A DNA stretch of 64,000 nt from Haliangium sp. GTDB taxonomy: Bacteria; Myxococcota_A; Polyangia; Haliangiales; Haliangiaceae. A program made the translations under genes and the position numbers. Location: NCBI RefSeq assembly GCF_050303215.1, contig NZ_JBNLBH010000019.1:1-64000 (forward strand). The letters are read 5' to 3'. Below the pieces are notes generated by a model. That model worked only from the letters and a program-made list of their open reading frames with translations. It did not search any database and had not been told where the DNA came from. This document shows, piece after piece, positions 26,039 through 35,938 of the stretch; the stretch's first letter is position 1; each line of letters starts with the position of its first letter.

Positions 26039-27163
26039 GTGTTATATCGGATCCTACGTCAAGGTGTTCGTCGCTCCGCCACCGACCAGGCCGGCGTCAC
26101 CCCGGGCGGCGTGCTGGTATACGGCGACGAGGGCGAAGACGTCGCCACCATCCCCTTTGGCCGCTCCCATTTCGGGCCCGAGGAGGACGTATTCGACGTC
26201 ACCGCCGATACCGTCTACGACCTGGCGTCGCTGACCAAGCCCATCGCCACCGCCGCCGTGCTCATGAAGCTCGACCTGGATCTCGACGCACCGGTCCGGC
26301 CTCATGTGCCCGAGCTCGGCAAAGCCGGGGCCCACATCACCTTCGCCCACCTGCTCGGCCACGCCAGCGGCCTGCCCGCCCACCGCTGCTTCTACGAGCG
26401 TCTGCGTGGGGCCCGCTCCGGGGCCCGCTCGCGCCGCACCACTCTGCTCAAGATGGCCGCCGGCGCCAAGCTCGAGGCCGCGCCCGGCACCCGTAGCGTG
26501 TACAGCGACCTCGGCTACATCGTGCTCGGCTTCGCCATCGAGCGCATCACCGGCCAGCGCCTCGACGAGGTCGTACGCGCCCTGGTGACCGAGCCGCTGG
26601 AGATGAACTCGACCTTCTTCGTGGATCTGGGACGTCCGGCCCAGGCCAAGCGTGTACGCGCCGATCGACGCATCGCGCCCACCGAGCAGTGCCCCTACCG
26701 CGGCCTGGTGGTGGGCGAGGTCCACGACGACAACGCCCACGCCGGCGGGGGCATTTTTGGACACGCGGGCCTGTTCGCCCCAGCCGGCGACGTGGCCCGC
26801 TTCGCCCGCGCCCTCACCCTCACCGCCGCCGGCGACGCCATCGGCGGCTTCCAGCCCGAGGTCGTGCGGCGCTTCTTCTCCACCGCGAGCGCGCCCGACA
26901 CCACCTGGCGGCTGGGCTGGGACACTCCATCGCCCGTGCCCGGGGTCTCTCACGCCGGCGTCGCCTGGCCCCGAGACGGTGTCGGCCACCTCGGCTTCAC
27001 CGGCACCTCGATGTGGCTCGACCCCAGCCGTGGGCGCTACGTCGTGCTGCTCACCAACCGCGTCCACCCCAGCCGCGAGCAGACCGGGATCAGGGAGCTC
27101 CGCTGCGCCATCATGGACGCGGTCGTGCACCAGCTCGAGCGCCGGCGCGCCTCGACGCAGTGA
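26039..27163 (+). CDS. Serine hydrolase, beta-lactamase/transpeptidase-like family
   Basis: SxxK motif (DLASLTKPIATAAVL), a YSDLGY motif and a HAGG/GHAGLF-type box. Confidence 0.8.
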   Translation: MLYRILRQGVRRSATDQAGVTPGGVLVYGDEGEDVATIPFGRSHFGPEEDVFDVTADTVYDLASLTKPIATAAVLMKLDLDLDAPVRPHVPELGKAGAHITFAHLLGHASGLPAHRCFYERLRGARSGARSRRTTLLKMAAGAKLEAAPGTRSVYSDLGYIVLGFAIERITGQRLDEVVRALVTEPLEMNSTFFVDLGRPAQAKRVRADRRIAPTEQCPYRGLVVGEVHDDNAHAGGGIFGHAGLFAPAGDVARFARALTLTAAGDAIGGFQPEVVRRFFSTASAPDTTWRLGWDTPSPVPGVSHAGVAWPRDGVGHLGFTGTSMWLDPSRGRYVVLLTNRVHPSREQTGIRELRCAIMDAVVHQLERRRASTQ

Positions 27164-27263
27164 CCCCGGCGGAGCCCATGGGGCCTCGACGATGTCGAGC
27201 CGGCCGAGGTGAGCTGCACCCCGGCACTCGCTGTCGTATGGTCGCGCCATCGAGACTACCGCC

Positions 27264-28637
<1,374 letters not shown>

Positions 28638-28672
28638 GCGCGCCGGGTCAGCGCGCGCCACCGCCGTTCGCC

Positions 28673-29785
28673 GTGGACGACTCCATCTTGCACCTGGGCC
28701 GGGGTCAGCCCTCCCCCTCACTGCTCGCCGCCGACGCCATCCGCGCCGCCGTGGCCGCGCTGTCCGAAGACCGGATGAGCGCGGCCCTGGCCTACGGCGC
28801 GAACGGCGGCCCCATGGATCTGCGCCAAGCCCTGGCCGAGTTCCTGAGCGAGCGCTACCGCACCCCCGTCGCCGCCCGGGAATTGGCCCTGGGCGGCAGC
28901 ATCTCGCTCGCCCTCGCGCTCGTCTGCCAGCTCTTCACCCGCACCGGCGATGTGGTGGTCTGCGAAGACCCCACCTACTTCCACGCCCACAGCATCTTCG
29001 CCACCGCCGGGGTCGAGCTGCGCGGGATACCGATCGACGCGGACGGCCTGCGGGTGGACCTGCTCGAGCGAGCCCTGGCCGAGGATGAGCTGCGGCCGGC
29101 GCTGGTGTACTGCATCCCCTCGTTCCACAACCCCACCGCCGTCACCCTCGCCCCCGCGCGCGCCCGCCGCCTGGTCGAGTTGGCTGACGTCTACGACTTT
29201 CTGATCGTCGCCGACGAGCCCTACCCGCTGCTCCACTTCGACCCTGCGCCGCCGCCATGCATGATGTCCTACGACCGCGGCCGGGCCCGCGTGCTCGCCC
29301 TCGGCTCGCTGTCCAAGCTCCTGGCCCCGGGCCTGCGCACCGGCTGGGTGCACGCGCACCCCAGCTTGATCGAGCGCTTCGTCGGCCACGGCAGCATCGT
29401 CAGCGGCGGCGGGCTCAACCCGTTCACGGGCGCGATCCTGCACCGACTCCTGGACCGCGGCGCCCTTGGCGACCACGTCGACCACCTGCGCGCAGTCTAC
29501 TCCCGCCGGGCCCAGGCCCTGGGCGAGGCAGTGCGGGGCGCGCTGCCCGAGTGCCACTTTCGCTCCCCCCGCGGCGGTTATTTCTTGTGGCTCGCGCTCG
29601 CACCCGGGAGTGACAGCACGGCCCTGTTCGAGCGTGCCCGCGCCCATGGCGTGCTGTTCACGCCCGGCCCGCGCTGCGCGGTGTCGCGCGACCTGCGCGG
29701 CTTCGTGCGGCTGTCGTTTGCATACTACGACGAGGGCGACCTGGGCCGCGGGGTCGAGCGCCTGGCCCAGCTCCTGCGCCCGTAA
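28673..29785 (+). CDS. PLP-dependent aminotransferase (class I/II fold), GTG start
   Basis: [16 protein letters not shown] carries the PLP lysine. Overall aminotransferase pattern ([16 protein letters not shown]). The listed 858-aa ORF from 27209 is a read-through frame overlapping the amidohydrolase; the real start is assigned to the in-frame GTG at 28673. Confidence 0.72.
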   Translation: MDDSILHLGRGQPSPSLLAADAIRAAVAALSEDRMSAALAYGANGGPMDLRQALAEFLSERYRTPVAARELALGGSISLALALVCQLFTRTGDVVVCEDPTYFHAHSIFATAGVELRGIPIDADGLRVDLLERALAEDELRPALVYCIPSFHNPTAVTLAPARARRLVELADVYDFLIVADEPYPLLHFDPAPPPCMMSYDRGRARVLALGSLSKLLAPGLRTGWVHAHPSLIERFVGHGSIVSGGGLNPFTGAILHRLLDRGALGDHVDHLRAVYSRRAQALGEAVRGALPECHFRSPRGGYFLWLALAPGSDSTALFERARAHGVLFTPGPRCAVSRDLRGFVRLSFAYYDEGDLGRGVERLAQLLRP

Positions 29786-29935
29786 CGGGCCGTCCCGGCG
29801 TGGCGGCGATGGACCCTGGTCAGGCCCGGGGCACCTCGGCAAGATAGCGTCGCTCCGGCGGCCGCCGGCGATGACGCGGCGCCTGGATCCGGAGCATCGC
29901 CCGATCCGCCCGACCCGCTATCGAAAGGAAGCTCC

Positions 29936-31430
29936 GATGCAACTCCTCCCTGCGCGCGTGCGCGCGCCTCGCCCGACCGCGCCGGCCCTGGTCGCCGCCG
30001 TCTCCTTCACGGCCATGCTCGCGGCCACCGGCGTGGCCTCCGCGGACACCCTCACGCCCCCCTACCGGGCCGCGACCGCCGACGTCTTCACCCACCACTT
30101 CGACGAGGTCTACTACGTCCAGCCGCACAACACCTACGACCACGGCACCTCCTTGCGGGCCTGGCTCGACGCCGGCTACCGCTCGGTCGAGCTCGACGTC
30201 ATCGACCGCGGCGACTGGGAGCTGCAGCGCCTCGGCCCCTACGTCTCCCACGACTCCTCGCCCGGGCAGAAGAACTGCAGCTCGGGCAGCGCCGACGATC
30301 GGCTCGGCCACTGCCTCGACGACATCCGCGGCTTCCTGGCCGACAACCCCGACAGCCCGCCCATCTTGGTGCTGGTCGACATGAAGGCGAGCTGGGATCC
30401 GCTCAACGCCTGGAAGGGCGACGAGGTGGCCATGCTCGACGAGTGGATCGTCGACCACCTCGGTGACGACATGTACCGCTACGATCAGCTCCTCGGCTAC
30501 ATCGCGGTCCGCTCGGACACCCCCCGCGCGCTCCTGGCCGAGCGCGGCTGGCCCCGCCTCGACAGCCTGCGCGGCAAGATGATCGTCGCGCTCACCGGCG
30601 GCCGGGTCGGCTCGGTCAACCAGCACATGGAAGACGCCCTGGTCGACCTCTACTTCGGCTATGGCCGCTACCCCGCCACCTTCATGTGCCCGGACGTCGA
30701 GTCCGATCCCGACGAGGTCGCCGTCGGCGGCACCGTCGACGGCATCGGCACCAACAACTCACAGTTCTTCCTGTGCTCCAACCTCAAGTCGCGCGACCAC
30801 TACCAGGTGACCGCCAACCGCGCCGCCCAAAACAAGCAGATCATCCACCTCTGGGGCGACCACGTGTACGGAAACACCAGCTTCACCTACAACTACATCG
30901 CCGTGGCCCACGGAATCCAGGCCATTGGCCAGGATCTGGCCAATCCCAGCGCGGGCACCACGTTTGGCGGGAGCATCCCCCTGGTCGGCGTACGCCGCTC
31001 GCTGCCGGGGTATTTTCGCCTAAAACCCTCGCACGCGCCGTCGCTGTGCATGGACGTCGAGGGCTCCTACGGCAACGGCGCCGACATCCAGCAGGCCACC
31101 TGCGACGGCAGCTACGACAAGCAGTTCGTGTACACCGCCGAGGGCCAGCTCCGGCCCCGCGGCAACAACCGCTACTGCGTCGACATCGACGGCGGCGACG
31201 CCGGCCAGGGGGAGAAGATGCACCTGTGGGACTGCGACGGCGGCAACAGCGAGAAGTGGATCATCACCAACAGCGGCCGCTTCCGCAGCTACGACAACAG
31301 CGCCTACTGCATGGACGCCACTGCCTCCACCGCCTCGGGCCAGGACTGGGAGACCTACGGCTGCGGCAGCTACGACGAACAGCGCTTCTGGCTCGAGGCG
31401 GTCGCCGACTGGCCGCAGAGCACCTTCTGA
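29936..31430 (+). CDS. Secreted PLC-like phosphodiesterase (PI-PLC X-box-like) with C-terminal ricin-B (QxW) lectin domain
   Basis: Signal peptide. YYVQPHNTYDHG...YRSVELDV is the PI-PLC X-box catalytic motif. C-terminal repeats carry QxW/Cys (DKQFVYTAEGQLRP, EKWIITNSG, QRFWLEA). RBS aaggaag. Confidence 0.7.
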
Positions 31431-31495
31431 GCCCAACCCCCGCGACCAACACCGGACCCCAGCGGCTCTGACGCCGAGGTCTGGGTCCCCGTCGC

Positions 31496-34400
31496 TCAGT
31501 CGTCCCCGGCCGCGACCCGCCGGCGCAGCCGAGCTTCGATCACGTGTCCGGCGGCCAGGCTGCGCGCGTGCGCCTGCCGCCACATCTGCCGGGCCGCGTT
31601 GGCCTCGCCGCGCCGGTGCAGCGTCCACGCCATCATGTCCATGACGTCGATGGAATCGACCTCGCCCAGCGCAGCCTCGGCGCGGACCAGGACCGCGTGC
31701 CAGGCCGCTTCCCCGGCGCCCTCGACGGCCAGCTCGACCGCCTGGACGATGACCTCTTCGGCCTCGCCGAGCTGACCGCTGTGATTGTGCTCGGCGCGAG
31801 CCCGGGCCTCGGCCGCGCGCACCCGCGCCAGGCCCTCGCGGGCCCGCTCCGGGTCTCCCGCGAACACCCCCAGCCGGGCGCTCAACAGCGGCATCATCGG
31901 TTTGTCGCCGGTGATGGGCTCGAGCTCGCCGGCGCGGCCCAGAGGGGCCTCGACCGCGACCAGATCGCCGGTGTAGTAGTACAGCTCGGCCAGGTTGCGC
32001 GCGGTGACGTACTCGACGCTGAGCTGGCCGATCTCACGCCCGATGGACTCCGCCCGGCGCATATCACGGGCCGAGCGCTCGGGCTGATTCTGCCAGTTCC
32101 ACAGCTCGCACCGGTTGCTGAGCGCCGCGGCCAGGTGCAGCCTGTCACCGTGCTCCTCGCACAGCGCGATGCAGGTCTCGAACACCGCTTGCGCACGCTC
32201 GATCTCGTGCAGCGAGGGATAGATGTAGCCCAGCAGCAGCAGCGCGATCACGCGCGGCTCGTAGCCCAGCTCGCCGAGCGCGCCCCCGCGCCGGGCCGCC
32301 TCTTCCAGATGGACGACCGCGGTGGCGTCGTCCTCGGCGCGATGGTGCGCGCGTCCCAGCGCCAGCGCCAGCCGCGCCTCCAGCAGCGAATCGCCGGCGG
32401 GGGCGATGGCCCGGGCCTCGTCCACGCACGCGCGCGAGGCGGCGAAGTCGCGACGCCAATCGAGCGCGGTGGCCTGATCGAGCAGAATCGCGGCCCGAAC
32501 GTGGACCACACCCAAGGACTCGGCCAGCTCGGCGGCGGCGCACAGATCCGCGACCGCGTCGTCGAAGCGGCTCTGACGGTAGTGCATGAGCCCACGACCG
32601 CGCAGAGCGCGCAGACACGGCTGCGCCACGGCGGCCGGGATCCCAGCGGCCCGTGGCCGCACCGGGTCGACTCCGGACGCCGCGATTAGCTCCAGAGCGC
32701 GGCTGTAGAGCTCGGCCGCCTCGACGTAGTCGTGGTGATCCCGCATGGTATCAGCGAGCTCGACGTAGAGGCCGATGGCGCGTTCTCGCAGCCCCGCCTG
32801 CGCGGCGTGATAGGCCAGCAACGGCCGCCGGCGGGCCTCGCCCAGACCAGACGCGTGCTCGTAATACCGCCCCGCCGCGGCGTGGATGCTCAACGTCAAC
32901 GGCGCCGGTATCAGGCGGACGATCTGCTCTCGGAACAGGGCGTGACGAAACCAGAACGCCCGCTGACCACGGTCTACCAGCAGGCCCTGCTCGCGCAGCA
33001 AGCCGCAGCCCACCTCGGCGTCGAGCGGAAACTCATCGCCGAGCCCATCGCGCTCCAGCTCGTGCAGCACCCCCTCGACCTCAGCCAGGGTGAAGCTCGC
33101 GCCGAGCAGGGACAGCAGTCGGGCGTGGGCCGCCAGCGCCGGTGACAGCGCGCCCAGCTCGCGCTCGACCAGCCACGCAATCCCGGGCAGGTCGAGCAGT
33201 TCGCCCAGCTCGTCGGCGGCCAGGAACCAAGCCTTGCCGCGGTCGTGGCGGCGGATCAACCCCTGGCGCTGGATCCCACGCGCCAGCTCGGTCAAAAGCA
33301 GCGGGTTGCCCTGGGTCTGGGCCACCAAGCGGGCCACTACCTGAGTCGGCACGTCGCGGGCCGGGTGCAGGAGCCGCCGGCACAGCGCGGCCGCGTCCTC
33401 GTCGGCGAGCGCCCCCAGGGTGACCTCGCGTCGGCTCGCGGCCCGTCGGCCCCAGTGCTGGCGGGTCTGGGTGAGCTTGGGCTGGGCGAACACGGCCACC
33501 CACAGCGGCGCCGCCACCTCGGCTCGGGTGGCGTACTCCAGGGCGTCCAGGGTGATGCCGTCGGACATGTGTCCGTCATCGAGCACCAAGCACACCGGGG
33601 CCCGCGCGGCGAGGCGGCAGAGCAGCTCACCGGCGGCCTGGGCCGCGGTCCTGCGCAGCACCGAGGGCGCGGCCCGCAGCTTGGCCAGCGCCGGCTCGTC
33701 CGCGCTCAGCCAGCCGCAGACCAAGGCCAAGGCCGGCCACGAGGTCGCTCCGAGCACGCGTTCGAGACGCGCGAGCAGGACCTCTACCCCGGGCGTGACC
33801 TGCTCCGACGCCTCGCGCAGGATCGAGGCCACCAAGGTGCCCAAGATACGCGCCCCCTGATCGCCGACCCGGGGCCGGGCGTGGAGCGTGAGCACACACA
33901 GCTTCGGATCGCGCTCGCTCAACGTGCGGCTCAGCGTGGCCGCCAGGTGAGACTTGCCGAGGCCGGTCTCGGCCAAGATCGTACACAGTCCCGGACGCCG
34001 CTCCCGGGCACACTCGGTGGCGCTGTCCACGAGCTCGGCCAGGACCTGGTCGCGACCCAACAGCGGCCCGTCGGCCCCGAGCCCGACCATCGACACCACC
34101 TCGCCCGAGCCGGCGCGAACGCGAACCAGGTCGTCGCGCCCGGGGAGCGCCACGACCGCGGCCGGCGCCACGGCCTCGGCTGCTTGTCGCGACAGCAGCA
34201 CCGCCGCCGGCAGCGTTCCCCGCAGCAGCACCGCGGCCTTGCCGGTGTTGACCCCGACGACTCGCTCGACCCCGCGCCGGCTGCGCATCGAACGGACCTG
34301 GTCGCGGTCCACGATCACGCGAACGGCCACGCCGCGTTCGATCAAGGCCTGGGCCGCGGCCGACGCGGCCGCCACCGGCGGCTGAGCCTCGGTGCCATAG

Positions 34401-35644
34401 AACACGGCCGCACAGAAGCGCGCGCTGGTCGCGGCCAGGAGCCCACCCAGCTCGCCGATTTCGCGCCCCACCAAGCCGAGATCGACCTCGGGTTCGAACA
34501 GTACCACTCCGGCCCACCGACGCTGATTCGACGACGATATCGGCGCCGGGTCTTCGGTGCGGGCCCGGCGCGAAGCCCCCGGGCTCGAGTTGGGACGCTC
34601 GGACCATGCTGTCGCCGCGGCCTCCGCGGTCGAGGCCGCGGCGGCGCTCGCCCGCGTCGAGCGGGAGGCTGCGTCCAGGGCCGGGAGCAGCGCCGCACGC
34701 AGCTCGGCGACCGAGCCGAAGCGGCGATCGGGACGCTTGGCCAGGCACCGCTGCAGCACGTCGAGCACAGCCTCAGATCGCACCAGACCGCCGTGCAACG
34801 AGGGCGGACGGCGGTACATGTGGGCCATGCGCACGCTCGACGCGTCCCCCACGAACGGCGGCTCGCCCGCGATCATCTCGTAGCCCATGATCCCCAGCGA
34901 ATAGATGTCGGCGCGGGAGTCCACCCGTCCCAGCCCTTCACACTGCTCGGGGGACATGTACGCCGGGGTCCCCAGGATCATGCCCGGCACGGTCTGCACC
35001 GGCGTCCCCGGCGCCACGACCAACGACTTGGCCAGGCCGAAATCGATGAGCTTGGCCACCGCCGGCGTCTCCACCGGCTCGGGGCCGGGCGCCGCCAACC
35101 CGCGGCTCACGAAGATGTTCTGCGGCGACAGATCGCGGTGGGCGAAGCCGCACCCATGAGCGGCCTCGACGGCGTCGAGGATCGGACCCAGCAACGCCGC
35201 CATGGTCGCCGCGGCCAACGGCGCACCCAGAACCCGATCCAGCGTCGGCATCGTCAGCCGCTCGATCACCAAGTACGGGCGTCCATCGTCGAGTACGCCC
35301 CGGCCGTACAGAGCAGGCACGTAGGGTGGTCCGATGGCGCTCAAGGCCTGGGCCTCGGTCTCCAGGCGCACACGCGCCGTAGGGTCCTCGCGGTGCACCA
35401 CCTTGATGGCCACGGGCAGCCCATCGGCCTCGCGTGTGGCCGCGAGCACGGTCGCGAAACCTCCCTGTCCAAGGCGACCATCGATCCGATACCCAGCGAC
35501 CGATAGGGTCACAGCGACGTCGACGTGATTGGCTTCACCCTGCATGTCTACCCGACTAGGTCTACCCAACTGGCCGAACGCGCTCCCGAAACCAGACACG
35601 TGGCCAGCGCCGCCATTATCTCTACGATTCCCGTTTTGGGTCAA
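31496..35644 (-). CDS. Ser/Thr kinase - AAA/NACHT-like ATPase - TPR multidomain regulator
   Basis: Kinase motifs LGQGGFATV, VAIKVV, HRDLSPQNIFV, DFGLAK. Walker A GLGKSHLAATLS. A long TPR/SLR-like C-terminal region. Confidence 0.85.
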   Translation of the reverse strand: MTQNGNRRDNGGAGHVSGFGSAFGQLGRPSRVDMQGEANHVDVAVTLSVAGYRIDGRLGQGGFATVLAATREADGLPVAIKVVHREDPTARVRLETEAQALSAIGPPYVPALYGRGVLDDGRPYLVIERLTMPTLDRVLGAPLAAATMAALLGPILDAVEAAHGCGFAHRDLSPQNIFVSRGLAAPGPEPVETPAVAKLIDFGLAKSLVVAPGTPVQTVPGMILGTPAYMSPEQCEGLGRVDSRADIYSLGIMGYEMIAGEPPFVGDASSVRMAHMYRRPPSLHGGLVRSEAVLDVLQRCLAKRPDRRFGSVAELRAALLPALDAASRSTRASAAAASTAEAAATAWSERPNSSPGASRRARTEDPAPISSSNQRRWAGVVLFEPEVDLGLVGREIGELGGLLAATSARFCAAVFYGTEAQPPVAAASAAAQALIERGVAVRVIVDRDQVRSMRSRRGVERVVGVNTGKAAVLLRGTLPAAVLLSRQAAEAVAPAAVVALPGRDDLVRVRAGSGEVVSMVGLGADGPLLGRDQVLAELVDSATECARERRPGLCTILAETGLGKSHLAATLSRTLSERDPKLCVLTLHARPRVGDQGARILGTLVASILREASEQVTPGVEVLLARLERVLGATSWPALALVCGWLSADEPALAKLRAAPSVLRRTAAQAAGELLCRLAARAPVCLVLDDGHMSDGITLDALEYATRAEVAAPLWVAVFAQPKLTQTRQHWGRRAASRREVTLGALADEDAAALCRRLLHPARDVPTQVVARLVAQTQGNPLLLTELARGIQRQGLIRRHDRGKAWFLAADELGELLDLPGIAWLVERELGALSPALAAHARLLSLLGASFTLAEVEGVLHELERDGLGDEFPLDAEVGCGLLREQGLLVDRGQRAFWFRHALFREQIVRLIPAPLTLSIHAAAGRYYEHASGLGEARRRPLLAYHAAQAGLRERAIGLYVELADTMRDHHDYVEAAELYSRALELIAASGVDPVRPRAAGIPAAVAQPCLRALRGRGLMHYRQSRFDDAVADLCAAAELAESLGVVHVRAAILLDQATALDWRRDFAASRACVDEARAIAPAGDSLLEARLALALGRAHHRAEDDATAVVHLEEAARRGGALGELGYEPRVIALLLLGYIYPSLHEIERAQAVFETCIALCEEHGDRLHLAAALSNRCELWNWQNQPERSARDMRRAESIGREIGQLSVEYVTARNLAELYYYTGDLVAVEAPLGRAGELEPITGDKPMMPLLSARLGVFAGDPERAREGLARVRAAEARARAEHNHSGQLGEAEEVIVQAVELAVEGAGEAAWHAVLVRAEAALGEVDSIDVMDMMAWTLHRRGEANAARQMWRQAHARSLAAGHVIEARLRRRVAAGDD

Positions 35645-35938
35645 CGGGGTATCAACGCGTCATCCACATGTGATGCCCAATCCAATCAAACTTGGCCATC
35701 TAGACCTGGATCAGAAAAACCCTGACGGATCCAGGCCACGCCCCCCGTATCTCGGTCGCAAAAAGCAAAGAACATGTTATGGTACATGTCAAACACTTCG
35801 TTGAATACTGTTGAATACTGTCGATAGACGCTCGAGCACGGGGGATCGCTCAGCGAGCCCGATCTACCAACGGTGGCCCGGGATGGGACGGTTGCGACCG
35901 CCGTGCACCGTATGACAAGTCTTATATGGAGCCAATGA
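35645..35938. promoter_or_regulatory. AT-rich divergent intergenic region between the STPK-AAA-TPR gene and the RCC1 lipoprotein gene, holding candidate operator repeats
   Basis: GC drops sharply. Tandem ttgaatactg x2 at 35801..35820. Palindrome aacatgtt at 35771..35778 with a second acatgt 6 bp later. Confidence 0.5.

Noticed and set aside
33245-35506. 753-aa plus-strand ORF (also 31544..32689, 32732..33145)
   Set aside because: Antisense to the STPK-AAA-TPR gene, which has clear kinase, Walker A and TPR motifs. Arg/Gly/His-rich junk.
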